From contig OX597818.1 of the NCBI GenBank assembly GCA_951406725.2, forward strand, positions 117,118,001 through 117,182,000: a DNA stretch of 64,000 nt, read 5' to 3'. How positions within the stretch are numbered: position 1 is the first letter of the stretch; every line of letters begins with the position of its first letter. Positions 12,362 through 26,203 of the stretch are shown here, piece after piece. The DNA is from Octopus vulgaris. Taxonomy: Eukaryota. The translations under genes were made by a program, and so were the position numbers. The notes below the pieces were generated by a model. The model saw only the letters and a list, made by a program, of their open reading frames with translations. It was not told where the DNA came from and made no database searches.

Positions 12362-13796
12362 GAATGTTTATTACTTCACTTACTAACTAATTCTAAAAAC
12401 CAAAATATTAATCATTATAGTATTTTATAGTATATAAATTGTATTCTTATTACAACAATATAATTTTGTTACTTGTGAAAGATTTAATTAAATTTTGATA
12501 TATACTATTTATAGTCATTTATCTAAAATATAATATTAGTTAAATTTATCGAGGGTCGGTACTCAATCCTTGCTTTTGTCTATCTTACTGTATTTTGTTT
12601 ACTGAGTTCTTCTTTCCATGATATACGAATATAGGGACATTTACTTGTTACTTACTGCAAATAATCATTATTTAAGTAGCTTCAAATATGGTTACTTCTG
12701 AAAAACTAGTAATATTTTGATATCCATTAGTATAGCTAAACCCAATATCTATGGCGAAATTTAAGTCGTAATTATTGTAGCTCTAAGTTTATTTTCATAT
12801 TTATAACGGAATTTGTTAGACTTCTCTTCATATTTATTACAGAATTATCCCTCCGATGAATTAAATAAAGAACATGTTTTTGTTAGTTACTTTAAGCAAT
12901 TTTTTTATATCGTTAACTTTAAATATAAAAGAAGAGTTGTTATATATTACCAATAAAATAGTAGTATATTGTCATTTATATTTATTTACACATTTTATTA
13001 CAATCTCTGGATTAATTAAGATCCGGATATTTAATTTATATACCTATATATTGAAGTTGTGTTTTATTATAATAGCCAAGGACTGTCCTCGACCTAAACG
13101 AATTCGGGTTAATATTATTTGAGATATATCGAAATATATTTCGATAGTTGTAGATTCTATTTACTTAATTATTTTGTCCGTTATAATTTTGTTGCTTTTT
13201 AATTCTAATTGTTATGTAGTTGAAAAAAACTAACGCTCACGCTCATAATACATATATATGTGAGAGAAGTATTTATATCCAGAAGACCCAAAGTCATATT
13301 GAACTCCAATATTTCCATCTATTTAACCGTCTCACATCATCTCTGATGAAGGGATCTCCCTACTGTATAAATGGACGTGTCGTAAGAACTTTGCATCACA
13401 ACCACAAGATTCCGGATTTATTCTTACTGATCCCATTCACGCCGATCATGACATTCCTTTTAACTAAATACATGCTTCTATGGCATTAAGGTTACTGTGG
13501 TTTACATGATTTCGTGCTCAGGGTCAGTATAAACCATGTCCACTAATTTCGGGATATGGTCTGTAATTTTGTCCTTACAGAAATTACGATGAGTATTAAA
13601 ATTTTAAGCTTCACGGCACTTTCACTAACATCAAAGTGTAGCTGTCAATTTGAAATACTATAATCATGGTACGTACATATGCGTGTGGATACAATTGTTT
13701 AGATTTAGGTCATTATAATCACTTATACAAGTGTATGCTGGATCTTTCAAAGAATGCGTTTGTGTGAAATTTTGTTTGTTGTTGTATCACAATGAT

Positions 13797-13802
13797 TATC
13801 TA

Positions 13803-13833
<31 letters not shown>

Positions 13834-13847
13834 GTCTGCCTGCCTGC

Positions 13848-13900
<53 letters not shown>

Positions 13901-13981
13901 CATCCATCCATCCATCCATCCATCCATCCATCCATCCATCCATCCATCCATCCATCCATCCATCCATCCATCCATCCATCC

Positions 13982-14030
<49 letters not shown>

Positions 14031-14043
14031 CCTACCTACCTAC

Positions 14044-14094
<51 letters not shown>

Positions 14095-14103
14095 ACTATC
14101 TAT
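13797..14103. repeat. Compound tetranucleotide repeat (TCTG)(CCTG)(TCTA)(TCCA)(TCTA)(CCTA)(TCTA)
   Basis: Direct reading; it explains ORFs 13731 and 13792. Confidence 0.95.
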
Positions 14104-14110
14104 CCAGCTT

Positions 14111-14370
14111 TTGGGTTGGTGCATAATTATTGCGGCTTCTTTTTTTCAACAAATTTTATTTAAGAAAAACGAAACAATAACAATATTTAACAAAAGCATA
14201 TTTAAATAACGGTCTAACCGTCCGCCAAGGAAATACGAAGCAGGAATTGAAGTAGATGGTGAATATGCTCCGGAATAATCATTTAATGATGTTTTTGTTA
14301 CATGTTGTTATTGTTTTTGTTGAATAAAATTTGTTGACAAAAAAGCCGCAATAATTATGCACCAACATAA
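14111..14370 (+). mobile_element. mariner-derived MITE
   Basis: TIRs TTGGGTTGGTGCATAATTATTGCGGCTT / AAGCCGCAATAATTATGCACCAACATAA followed by TA; internal transposase C-terminal remnant PRKYEAGIEVDGEYAPE*. Confidence 0.85.
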
Positions 14371-15374
14371 TATATCAATATGTGTGTGTGTGTGAGTATT
14401 TCTGTGTGCGTGTGTGTGTGTGTGTGGATGTGTAAATCAATATTCACCATCACCATCTATCTTATACCACCGCTGCCATTACTGCCAAACGATCTCTCTA
14501 ATGCGTAACAACTATAAAAGTAGCGATACTGCATACAAGATAATGTGGTACCCTATTGTCTTTTAAAAGTTGAATAAAATGTCTTTCATCTAAACTGAAT
14601 GAAAATTAACAAGAAAATAAAAAGCAACATATTAAAGAACAACACCATCATGACCACCAGCGTTATCAACAATATCCACACCATCATGATCGCCATCATA
14701 ACCAACGCCAAGACATTACCTCCCAAACCACCATCGCTGCCAACATGCCGACATTTGAATAACTAAATGGCTGTAACAATAATAGAATCAGCATGATGCT
14801 TTTACTAATATTATTGCCATTTAATTATTGCTGCATGTCAACACAACGGTGTGTGGTTGTGCGTGTGTGGGTGTGTGTGAGAGAGCGAGAGAGAGAGAGA
14901 AAGCGAGCGAGAGAGAGAGAGGAGTATTTGTGTGTGTAGCGTGTAAAACCTTTGTAGCTCAATTAAGTGTTTCAAGTAGTGGAGTTAATGGGTACTTCAC
15001 TACCTAATAATCCTTCTACTAGCTGTAATCAAAGTGTACTCTCTGCTACGTCATTCTCGCCACCTCACCTTTATTAAGGATAAAACGTTTGTCTCACACA
15101 AAACGCTTTTTTGATGGTGCTGTCTCGTCTCGAGCCCGTCTCGTTTTGTTATGTTTAGGTTCCATTCCCGGCAAGTTTCTTGATGGTGTTTCCTAGTTGG
15201 AAGCATTTGACCTCTCTGGCCGATACCTGACGAAGAATTGGTGACCTTCTGTGTTTTCCGTCAGCCTGTGCATTTAGTATATGTTAGTTTGTTTATCTAC
15301 TATACATTTAAAAAAAATTTATTTATATAAACAGGTCGTATTTTGTTTGTTGTCTTTTATTTAAAAACTATATG

Positions 15375-15423
<49 letters not shown>

Positions 15424-15433
15424 ATATATATAT

Positions 15434-15619
15434 AATTGCTGCGTGGAAGGTGTTTGTAAGCCATTTAAGAAACACACAAAAGCCGTTACATGTTGAAGTG
15501 AATCGAATGGCTTTTGTGTGTTTCTTAAATGGCTTACAAACACCCTCCACGCAGCAATTGTTTTCGTTCCAGCACACGATCTCAGATCAAATCACTTGCT
15601 ATGCAAGTACATCTCCGTA

Positions 15620-15622
<3 letters not shown>
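15434..15622. mobile_element. Fold-back PLE-type insertion in (TA)n; same family as 49691
   Basis: Inverted arms 15434-15487 and 15506-15559, then a unique tail of about 63 nt to 15622; (TA)n on both sides. Confidence 0.8.
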
Positions 15623-15706
<84 letters not shown>

Positions 15707-16988
15707 CATATATATCATATATAAAATTAGTATACATTTAAGTACAAAGGGGCAAACCTTAACAGGTTGCTTAACATAATAGAAAGAATAGTCAAAAAGT
15801 CCAAGCCACAGTTAAGACCAAATTCGAAGGAAATGAAAAATAAAAACATTTACCATGTTTGACTTTTTATACATACAAGGCCACTGGTAGAAAAAAAATT
15901 CTATAATTTTTCCTATCCTATATTAATTTTAAGAAAGGATTTTAGCAACTGGTAGAAAAAATAATATATATATAATGTATATATAGTGCTAGATATTTCA
16001 TCATCATCATTGTCATCATTGTTTAACGTCCGCCATCCATGCTAGCATCACTACTACAGTTGGATTTACCTACAATCCACGACGTTTGCAAGACGATCAC
16101 CAAGTGATACATAAGTCAAGATTTTCAGAAACGCGTTACTTCCTTAAAGAAGGATATTCCCGCATATAGAATCAGCTCTATGCATATTGAAACTCCGACC
16201 CCGCAGTATTTAAGCATAATACTCCTCATTTGACTGGAGGAATATATAGAACTACACGCATTCTGTGGTGAATGTATTACAGGCATCTATTTCTTAATAA
16301 TATTAGAAATTTAATAATTGTAAAGCAACAAATCACATTCAGATGTTTGATAAAGGAATAAATTGTCAGCATTTGTAATTAGAAAATGTTAATTGTGTTT
16401 CGTGTGTTTATTGGAAATTACGTACTGAGTTTTTGTCTTATTTCAGATTGATCGTGATATAGCAATAAGTCAATATAGTGTGAATATCTCATATGCTTTC
16501 AGACAAATATTTAATGAAGATGTATAAATTTCTGGTCAATAACCTCTCTCACAAAAAAGAATTTCTGTCTTGTTTCGAAATGCATTATTGAAATGGTGAG
16601 CCATCGGCGCAAGCAGGTTTGTCGAGTTATGAAGTTCGTATTACGACGCCATGTCTCAGATTTCGCTCTCACACTACGGTAGCTACTGGGAACGGAGTTT
16701 CATAGCATGACATGTATTATGCTATTGGAATTTAATAAAAGGCGGAGAAACTGACTTTGTTCGAGCAGACACACACACACACATACACTGACAAACACAC
16801 ACTCATACGTATGAATATATCTACCTATATAAACACATGCGTAGACATCTGTGTGTGTAGCTGGACCGAAATGGACACTCATATTAACAATGGTTCGGTG
16901 TTTCAGCATCAGACTTTACGTACCTAGGTATCTTTATAGCATTTAGCACTTCTTTTCACCCATGAAACATGTGATGTAGTGACATATA

Positions 16989-17546
16989 TTTTCTACTTCA
17001 GGCACAAGGCCCAAATCGATTAGATCGACCCCAGTACGCAACTGATTCTTAATTAATCGACCCCGAAAGTATGAAAGGAAAAGTCGACCTCGGCGGAATT
17101 TGAACTCAGAACGTACAGACAGATGAAATACCTATTTCTTTACTATCCACAAGGGGCTAAACACAGAGGGGACAAACAAGGACAGACAAAATGATTAAAT
17201 CGATTACATCGACCCCAGTACGTAACTGGTACTTAATTTATCGACCCCGAAAGGATAAAAGACAAAGTCGACCGCGTCGGAATTTGAACTCAGAACGTAG
17301 CGGCAGACGAAATATCTATTTTTTTACTATCTACAAGGGGCTAAACACAGAGGGGACAAACAAGGACAGACAAACGGATTAAGTCGATTACATCGACCCC
17401 AGTGCGTAATTGGTACTTATTTAATCAACCTCGAAAGGATGAAAGGCAAAGTCGAACTCGGCGGAATTTGAACTCAGAACGTAGCGGCAGACGAAACATC
17501 GCTAAGCATTTCGCCCGGCGTGCTAACGTTTCTGCCAGGTCGCCGC
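16989..17546 (-). mobile_element. SINE family B trimer
   Basis: Three units of about 178 bp, one head, one tail. Confidence 0.9.
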
Positions 17547-17960
17547 ACAGACAGAAAATTATGTGCACAAGTTCGCATTTCTATCCCCTATTGTCTCCTC
17601 CTTTGTCCATCATAATCCGGCCACTTCAATTTTTAGCGATACTGAATCAGGTATGCAGGGTTATAATCCAAACTGTATCCTCTTGAAGCACATCTGATTA
17701 TCCCAGTACTCCATACTTGTATGTAAATGTTAGATTTGTGTCAGGTATGCATAAGAGTTGAAAAATACCGAGGAATATTGTTTTCCTGAGTATTCACATA
17801 TTAGAACAAGAAACTAGTTAAAGATTTTTCTTCGTATTATGTATTATGTATTATGTATTATGTATTCACTATTACACGTGTTTCATTCGCTACGAGATGT
17901 TACAAAATCGTGCAAATACGAAAAGAAGCCTGTAAGATATCTCCTACTAGTAATCATACA

Positions 17961-18010
<50 letters not shown>

Positions 18011-18429
18011 TACATTCATATATACATACATACATGCACACTCACACACAACACATGATAATTCTGCTGCTTTTTAATAAAGTATATTGCTATACCTCTG
18101 GACATCGAGTACAATTTTTTCCCACCTTGTCTCGCATTTATGTGCTTACTCTGGTACTCTGGTATATATATATATATATATATATATACATAAATAAAAA
18201 ATTAATTAATTAATTAATTAATTAATTAAGAAATAAAATAATATATAAATATAAAAATATACATACATACATACATATATATATATATATTTGTATATAT
18301 ATATAAAATTTATAAGTTTAAATTATTCAAATAATTTTTTATTTTTAACTTTTAGATTTTTAAATTAATTTTATGTATTGGCTTATGTTTTTCACTGTTT
18401 GATTTGCCTAATAGTGGTTTTATCTCTAA

Positions 18430-18473
<44 letters not shown>

Positions 18474-18624
18474 TACCCCATTGTTTTATTGATGAAATAA
18501 TTTCATCCATCGGATCATCAAGATTTCAGCTACATGGACATTCTACATTATATTTCCTGTAGTCGATTACTATGTTGATTGTTAGTCCAATTCATAAGAG
18601 GAGCTCTTAAGAGTTTTGTGATAC

Positions 18625-18669
<45 letters not shown>

Positions 18670-21078
18670 TGGGTATCTAGGTAGTAGATCTGCACACTTA
18701 ATGTGTGAATATGCCCTTTCTTATGTGTGAGTGTATTCATGTTTACATACCTTCCTTCAATGAGAAGAACGATGACAAATATCTACTAGAAAGGAAATCG
18801 GAATAGAAAGTATCTACAATGTAAAGATAGAAAAAGATTGCGTATACCTGTGTAGATGTAAGCATATATATATATATATATGCATACTTAAAAATCAATG
18901 TATGTATACACACGCATAGACATTTTTTTAATACGCTTTTCATCTGTCGAAGTATATCGAAGCAGGTACCACCATATACGGAAATCTTCGAACCCACCAA
19001 CAAAGGCAGTATTAGCTTCACGCCAACGCGTATATTGCTAATCTTGAGAACTACAGTTGCAAATATAATGGCAGCAGGAAACTGCAATCTCCATGCCAGC
19101 AGCTTCAGGAATTTTGAGTATTTCATTAATAGTTAGTAGAACATATCAAGACATATTTATCATATTTCTCGCATGTTGCCCAACTTTTGAATATCTTTCT
19201 CACAGAAAAAAAAATGCTTGTAATTATTCAAAGCTAAATATAAAATTAACTCCGATTGAAAATCACTACTAATTAGCATCGGGATTTGTTTTCAAAAGAT
19301 TGTAATTGAGGAGATATGACAAAGCATAATATAATATTTGTGTCTGACCTGAGGATCAAGGATGGTAAATATTATAAAGGGTAATGTTGAATACATAATT
19401 GATCGATGCCAAGTAGTAAGTTGTCCATTGTATAGTACATCAATGCCGACAGGGGTTGACTTCAGACCTTGAAAAGCAGTAAATTATTGCTGCTAGACAT
19501 TTCGTATAGCGTTCCACCCATTATGCCAATAGGCCGTTTAAGACCAATATTGAAATCATTACATTTAAGCATCACGACCACAATATTAACAAACATGCTA
19601 CACCACAATCATAATATTATACACGCTACGAAAACTGAAATGACACATTATATCCGTTTAATTATTTCCCTTTATTTTCTGTTATGTTACCAATTAAGTA
19701 TACCAAAATATCATCGAAAATATTTCCTCCTGTTAAATACCATTGTACAATAATGAACTGAGTATCAAAGGTATTAATTTAAAAACTGCATGTTTCTGCC
19801 CTATGTCTTTAAGAATCGCTAACAGTAGACGCAACCTTTGTTTCTTTTCTCCCAACAAAAAGTAAATTAAAATTCATTTAGAAAATATTTAATATCATTA
19901 AAAAGACGAGTTGAAAATAATCAATCCTACACGCTAAAGAAATGATCAAGGTGAGTTTTAATTCTATTAACTTTTTGTAGCGCTAATTCTATCCTTATAT
20001 TTGCTGATTAACATCAGGATTGATTGAAAAATGCTTTGAAAAAACTAATACACCATATAAAACCAATAACGGTGATTTAAACCATTTACAAATGGCACTC
20101 AGCTGGCAAAAAAAGGAGTAGCACCTGTATTTGAAAGGGTCAGCCTTATCACATTAGCATGCGATCTCTGTTAAGTACAGCTGCATTATATTAAATTGAA
20201 AGTTAAGAAATAGAATGCCTTCTTAATTTGAAACACAAGAATACCAAATGTTGCGATTCTGGTCTTCATACAAATAATGAATTATAAAGTAATAAATTGT
20301 TCAGAATTCGGTTAGAATTGTGCATGAGGAATTGAGTGATTTATGACAAGAAAACGAATAAATCAAAGGCAGAATTTTATTATTTGACAATTAAAACACC
20401 CATTGCTAAAACCCGATCGCATTTCTCAAAAATGGACAACTATTTGGAAAATCAAGTCTAACCAGAGACCTTAAGATTAGCTCTTTTATGCCGTGCTCTT
20501 TTATGCCTGTATTAAAACTAAGACGCTGGGAAGACAACTATATGGAAGATACACATGTCGGTATAGAGAACAACTTAACATAAAATACAAAAATGTAGTA
20601 ATTCACATGCTGATATGAGAAACAACATACAGAAAGCGAAGGAGTCGCTCTGCCCTATCATGACTTCTATCGACCAAATGGCTGAAGATTCTCGTGTATT
20701 AAATATCGAACTATCAAGAGTAATGCAGAAGGAGTTCTAGGCACAAATGGTTGATGGAGTTCCTCGCCACACGACGGTTATAATTTTGGTCATTAGATGA
20801 AAATATATTTGTCGAAATGCGTATTTTCAGACAAATACTTTTGTAAAAGAAAAATTCTAATGAAAACGTATTGGTCGAAGCAAAAATTAGAATATTCGAT
20901 GAAATCTTAATAATCTGTTCATAAATCTACCAAACCAATTCCACATAATTACACAAATGATAATATTTAACAGTTCTGATCTAAAGAAATTATTATCTAC
21001 ATGTAATAGTAAATATTGCTATTATCCTTGGTTGAAGGTTGGGTTATAATTGACACCCTTGTCTAAAATAAGATTAAT

Positions 21079-21161
21079 ACGGGCATACGGCGTAGTGGTT
21101 AAGAGCGCGAGCTACTAACTCCAAGATTCCGAGTTCGATTCCAGGCAGTGACCTGAATAAT
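21079..21161 (+). mobile_element. Head-only tRNA-like SINE / retropseudogene
   Basis: A box CGGCGTAGTGG, B box GAGTTCGATTCC, (AAT) tail; 12-bp TSD AATAAGATTAAT at 21067-21078 and 21162-21173. Confidence 0.85.
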
Positions 21162-21384
21162 AATAAGATTAATTTAGTTTCGTGTATATGTGGGCAAGAA
21201 TTGTGTTCATGAGTGCATTCATTTGTTTGTACTGAGATATAACAATTATGTACGATATTTATTACATCACATAGGAAATTGGCGGTTCCAAAAGCTATTC
21301 TAGGAACAACAAAACAAGCGTAAAATAGCAAAAAAGCACATACAGGGGTATTTGAACTTAAGACGGGCTGTGATTTGGTGCAAT

Positions 21385-21660
21385 GGAGAGAGACGACGAA
21401 TCACAGCTTTCTATTTTGTAATCTGGCCTGTGTAACAGTAACAACCTTTATTTTTTTAAATCTAAAGTGCTATTGCTTAACAGTTGTCCTTGTTATTAAC
21501 AGAGTACTGTAGTGGGTGGGTTGTTAACAGTACAGGGAGGGTTTTAAAAGTCCAAATACTCAAATAAGTACTGTAAATATGGCGTCCCTACTTCGCGGAA
21601 ATTCAGTTATCGCGGCCGGTCTCGGAACAAATCTACCGCGATAAACGAGGGATCACTGTA
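21385..21660. mobile_element. Tigger/pogo-like transposon end
   Basis: Ends in CCGCGATAAACGAGGGATCACTG-TA, a CAGT-type TIR with a TA target. The left limit is uncertain. Confidence 0.55.
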
Positions 21661-21738
21661 CACAATCATATTGAAGCCTAGTGTAGATACTTCCATTCCG
21701 TTACAATGTCATATCTAAATTACAGTAATGGACGTTAT

Positions 21739-22126
21739 GTGGAGGCGCAATGGCCCAGTGGTTAGGGCAGCGGACTCGCGATCGTAGGATCGCGGTTTCG
21801 ATTCCCAGACCGGGCGTTGTGAGTGTTTATTGAGCGAAAACACCTAAAAGTTCCACGAGGCTCCGGCAGGGGATGGTGGTGATCCCTGCTGTACTCTTTC
21901 ACCACAACTTTCTCTCACTCTTACTTCCTGTTTCTGTTGTACCTGTATTTCAAAAGGGCCGGCCTTGTCACTCCCTGTGTCACGCTGAATATCCCCGAGA
22001 GCTACGTTAAGGGTACACGTATCTGTGGAGTGCTCAGCCACTTACACGTTAATTTCACGAGCAGGCTGTTCCGTTGATTCGGATCAACCGGAACCCTCGT
22101 CGTCGTAACCGACGGAGTGCTTCCAA
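21739..22126 (+). mobile_element. Full-length young tRNA-derived SINE, family A
   Basis: A and B boxes; 12-bp TSD AATGGACGTTAT at 21727-21738 and 22127-22138; nearly identical to 52127-52513. Confidence 0.95.
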
Positions 22127-22127
22127 A

Positions 22128-22199
22128 ATGGACGTTATATTTGACGATATGTTTGACGTTATGTTTGACGTTAAGCTGGACGTTATGCTTGACAATCAG
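22128..22199. repeat. 12-bp minisatellite (TTTGACGTTATG), about 6 units
   Basis: ATGGACGTTATA TTTGACGATATG TTTGACGTTATG TTTGACGTTAAG CTGGACGTTATG CTTGAC. Confidence 0.85.
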
Positions 22200-22694
22200 T
22201 ATTATACTGAAGCCCGGATAAGTCTTCTAGACAGTGCCTGTAGCCAAGAATGTTTAAATATGTTATTTCAACAATAAAACTTTGAACCGTCTCTAATATA
22301 TTGCTTATAAAATTTAATACAATCGCCTCAACTTTCTGAATGATTATTTTCTTAAAATTACATGCAATTTGTCATAAGCAAATGTCATGTTATAATTTAT
22401 TAAAAATATGTGGTGACAGTTATACGCATGAAGAGGGTGATATCTGGTGAATTCTGTGTCGCCGGAGAATAAATTCTCCGTTAGTTTCCTTTTTGATTAT
22501 GATTGTTCGACAGGTATCTCTCTTTTAGATGCTTTTTACGACAATTTTACTTTCGCTGAAAATGTTTTCCACCTATACCTATCTCGATGTAAACAGTTAT
22601 TACCAATGTACATAAGCACATAACATCCAACTACTTCTATCGAAACAAGAGACGTCGCTACATTAATATCTTCTACATTAATAATATCTTTATA

Positions 22695-22868
22695 AGCGTA
22701 GGAGTGGTTGTTTGGTAAGTAGCTTGCTTGCCAACCACATGGTTCCGGGTTCAGTCCCACTGCGTGTCACCTTGGACAAGTATCTTCTACTATAGCTTCG
22801 GGCCGTCCAAAGCCTTGTGAGTGGATTTGGTAGACGGAAACTGAAAGAAGCACGTCGTATATATGTAA

Positions 22869-22912
<44 letters not shown>

Positions 22913-23134
22913 ATGTGTGTGTGTGTGTGCGTGTGTCTCTGTGTGTGTGTGTGTGTGTATGTTTGTGTGTCTGTGTTTGACCCCCCCCCCCCAAAATCAC
23001 TTGACAATAGAGACCGATAGAATAAGTACTAGGCTTACAAAGAGTAAGTCCTGGGTTCGATTTGCTCGACTAAAGGCGGTGCTCCAGCATGGCCACAGTC
23101 AAAATGAATGAAACAAGTATAAGAGTAAAAGAGT
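22695..23134 (+). mobile_element. SINE family C with internal (TA)n(TG)n
   Basis: Head GTAGGAGTGG..TGGTAAGTAGCTTGCTT..GGGTTCAGTCCC, CORE-like CCTTGGACAAGT, tail GAAACAAGT..AGAGTAAAAGAG. Confidence 0.9.
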
Positions 23135-23430
23135 ATATCTTTGTTGGATCACAACTAGATATACTTATTTATAGTGTAGCTCATATTATTATCTATATAA
23201 TAGTTTTCTGCGGCAATAAATTAAAATTTTATTACTTTTCAGATATCTCTTCATTGTGCTTTATTCAGCATTCCTTGGATAATCTCATTGGCTTTACTTT
23301 CAGGTAATCGAGTTTCTTTGGATCGCCTTTCATAGGTTATTGTTGTTATATAGTCAAGTCAAAATTTTTGTGTTCTGCCAAACATAGTTGACTACGACAC
23401 ATTTTAATACTCCACATGTTGATACTTAAT

Positions 23431-24328
23431 TTTCTTTTCTCCTCCAGGCACAAGGTCTGAAATTTTGGGGAAGGGTGGTACTCTATTAGATTGACCACAG
23501 TACGCAACTGATACTTAATTTATCGATCCCGAAAGGATGAAAGGGAAAGTCGACCACAGCGGAATTTGAACTCAGAACGTAAAGACAGACGAAATACCGC
23601 TATGCATTTCGCCCGACGTGCTAACGTTTGTTATTTCTTTGTTGCCCACAAGGGGCTAAACATAGAGGGGACAAACAAGGACAGACAAACGGATTAAGTC
23701 GATTAGATCGACCCCAGTGCGTAACTGGTACTTAATTTATCGACCCCGAAAGGATAAAAGGCAAAGTCGACCCCAGCGGAATTTGAACTCAGAACGTAAA
23801 GTCAGAAGAAATACCTATTTCTTTACTACCCACAAGGGTAGACGAAATACCGCTAAGCACTTCGCAGACGAAATACCGCTAATAACTTCGCCCGGCGTGC
23901 TAACGTTTCTTATTTCTTTATTGTCCACAAGGGTCTAAACATAGAGGGGACAAACAAGGATAGACAAAGGGATTAAGTCGATTATATCGACCCCAGTGCG
24001 TAACTGATACTTAATTTATCGACTCCGAAAGGATAAAAGGCAAAGTCGAGCTCAGCAGAATTTGAACTCAGAACGTAGCAGCAGACGATATACCTATTTC
24101 TTTACTACCCACAAGGGGCTAAACTCAGAGGGGACAAAGAAGGACAGACACACGGATTAAGTCGATTACATCGATCCCAGTGCGTAACTGGTACTTATTT
24201 AATCGACCCCGAAAGGATGAAAGGCAAAGTCAAACTCGGCGGAATTTGAACTCAGAACGTAGCGGCAGACGAAATGCTGCTAAGCATTTCGCCCGGCGTG
24301 CTAACGTTTCTACCGAGTCGCCGCCTTA
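23431..24328 (-). mobile_element. SINE family B tandem array (4 core units plus internal partial heads)
   Basis: Repeated unit of about 178 bp; flanked by TTGATACTTAAT (23419-23430) and TTAATACTTAAT (24331-24342). Confidence 0.9.
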
Positions 24329-24759
24329 TCTTAATACTTAATATGCAAATTTTAGGAAACATGCCCTAAAAATATGCTTCATATGTTATGCTTATTACAA
24401 TATCAGAGCATCACGTTTCTAAGTTGACTCTAATGTAATGACATGGTTCCAGCGTCCTTCAAATGATTAGATGGAATGGCGGTGCTATAAATCATTCGCA
24501 CGATTCATGATTGCACCATACTATTGGCGGAGGTCATCCAAGTGCATTGTTTGATGTTACCGTTGATTTTATTGTGTCTTCGTGTCCGTTCATTTGCCAA
24601 TGTGTATTTCAAAGCTACATAAAGTTTTCAAATAACAGCCAGAACGCGGATATTTTATCTGCATTTGTGTACAGCTTGAATAGACTAGGACTTCGATGTT
24701 TCACTCCTGCCATATATTTTCTACTAGCTTAAAAACCACCGGATAGAGCGGCTTTTAAG

Positions 24760-25019
24760 CTAGCTCTTGTGGACGGCTATTCATTGGGCGTTGGACCCAA
24801 CAGTAACATTTCATGCGTTCAGTACATGTTAAATTTTGTTAAACTTGAACAATATTTTTCAAGCAATGAACAATATTTTTCAAGCAATGAACAATTTTCA
24901 TCAAAAAAATGATATAATTTGTCGACTTGAACTTATTGCAAAGCTGCATGATATTAACATTTCTTCCGTCTTCCTATTCGGAGGTCAGTACAATTGTTTT
25001 TTCTGTCTAACCTCTTTCT

Positions 25020-25062
<43 letters not shown>

Positions 25063-25532
25063 GATTACTTTCAACCATCACCATCACCAGTACCTCACCA
25101 TCGCCACCACAACTGCCATACAACACCATTCAGACTTCTGACTCCACCATCATCAATGCCTTTGACCTTCCCTTCCCTTCCACCATCATCACCACTGTCT
25201 TCCACATCGCTTACTATCACCATCATCTCTAACCGCCTCAGCTACCAGCACCAGCACCAGCAGTAGCAGCAGCAGCAGCACCACCACCACCACCACCACC
25301 ATCATCATCATCACCGTCACCTACACCTCTATCACAACTACAGTTCATACTGTTGCTATCACCCCATTACCACCAAAATCGTCAATCTACTACCACCCTG
25401 ACCAACTCTATGCCTACGATTACTCTCACCCCAGCATGAGGAATAGCAGAAGAGTCATTGAATAGTGAGTGAGGAAGTCAAATTGTGACATATTTTCACA
25501 CAGAAATTCTTTTTTGCATTTATTACTATAGA
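24760..25532 (-). mobile_element. Candidate non-autonomous Helitron carrying microsatellites
   Basis: Minus strand starts A|TCTATAGTAATAAATGC and ends with the imperfect hairpin ACGCCCAATGAATAGCCGT, a spacer and CTAG. The base after CTAG is not the expected T. Confidence 0.45.
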
Positions 25533-26203
25533 TGCATTGGAAAACGCATCCATGGAAAACTGATATTTCTGTGAAGTTTTAAACCGACAAATAGTGTGTT
25601 CCCATATGCATTCTTGAATTTACATCCAAATATCAGGATGATTTCCTTTTTTTTTTACCTGGTCATCGGCGTCGTTGCAGAGATATGCAGTTAAATGGAA
25701 GCGTATAAATACAGCATTTTCAGGATTTTATCTTCCATGTTGCATCAATAAATACTGTATTTTCAATATTGTCCCAATGCAGATAGTATCATTGATGGCA
25801 AAGCACACCATTACCTTTTAGGTTAAATATTTTTGTGTCGTCTCCTACAATATTGCTTCTCTTCAACACTCCAGTATAATAGGCTGTGTATTAATGAGAA
25901 ATTTCTCAAGTGAAGCACATTTGCTCGTTTATTAAGGAGATTTTTGAACGCTTATATAAATATCGTTTCCATTTATTCCACGTCATCATGTACACTTTCC
26001 AAGTAGTCTTCGGTGACACAATAGTTTCACCATCATGCCACCCTGTTTCTTCTTCTGACATTATATTTGGGCTATGTGGATAGTGAGACCATCTGAAATA
26101 TTTTTCTTGTCCATGATGTGATATTAAACCTCGATTTGCAAACGTCTTCTCAAGGTATCAACTTTTCTAAGCGTAACCAATTTTCAAAGTATAATCAGCC
26201 CCT

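Noticed and set aside
12260-12900. Expected hammerhead downstream of the second PLE
   Set aside because: Only vague remnants (TTGATGCAGCTG, TGTGAAAG, CCGATGAA) with no consistent pairing.
13343-13365. CTGATGA followed by the hairpin AGGGA-TC-TCCCT
   Set aside because: No GAAA or stems I and III follow, so it is not a hammerhead.
15227-15262. CTGACGA-AGAA..TTCT
   Set aside because: It lacks GAAA and a cleavage triplet with stem I.
16989-17546. Regularly spaced repeats resembling a CRISPR array
   Set aside because: Whole ~178-bp units repeat with no unique spacers; the context is a eukaryotic SINE and there are no cas genes.
18743-19126. 127-aa hydrophobic ORF
   Set aside because: No recognisable family; it runs into a microsatellite and has no clear splice sites.
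20480-20790. Possible RTE LINE 3' remnant (also about 54560-54790)
   Set aside because: The resemblance is too weak to call by eye.
21739-21815. SINE heads as tRNA genes
   Set aside because: They continue into SINE bodies with TSDs, and the acceptor stems are incomplete.
25540-26190. Coding-like unique stretch
   Set aside because: The frames I read contain stops and I could not assign a motif; it is possibly an old TE and needs BLASTX.
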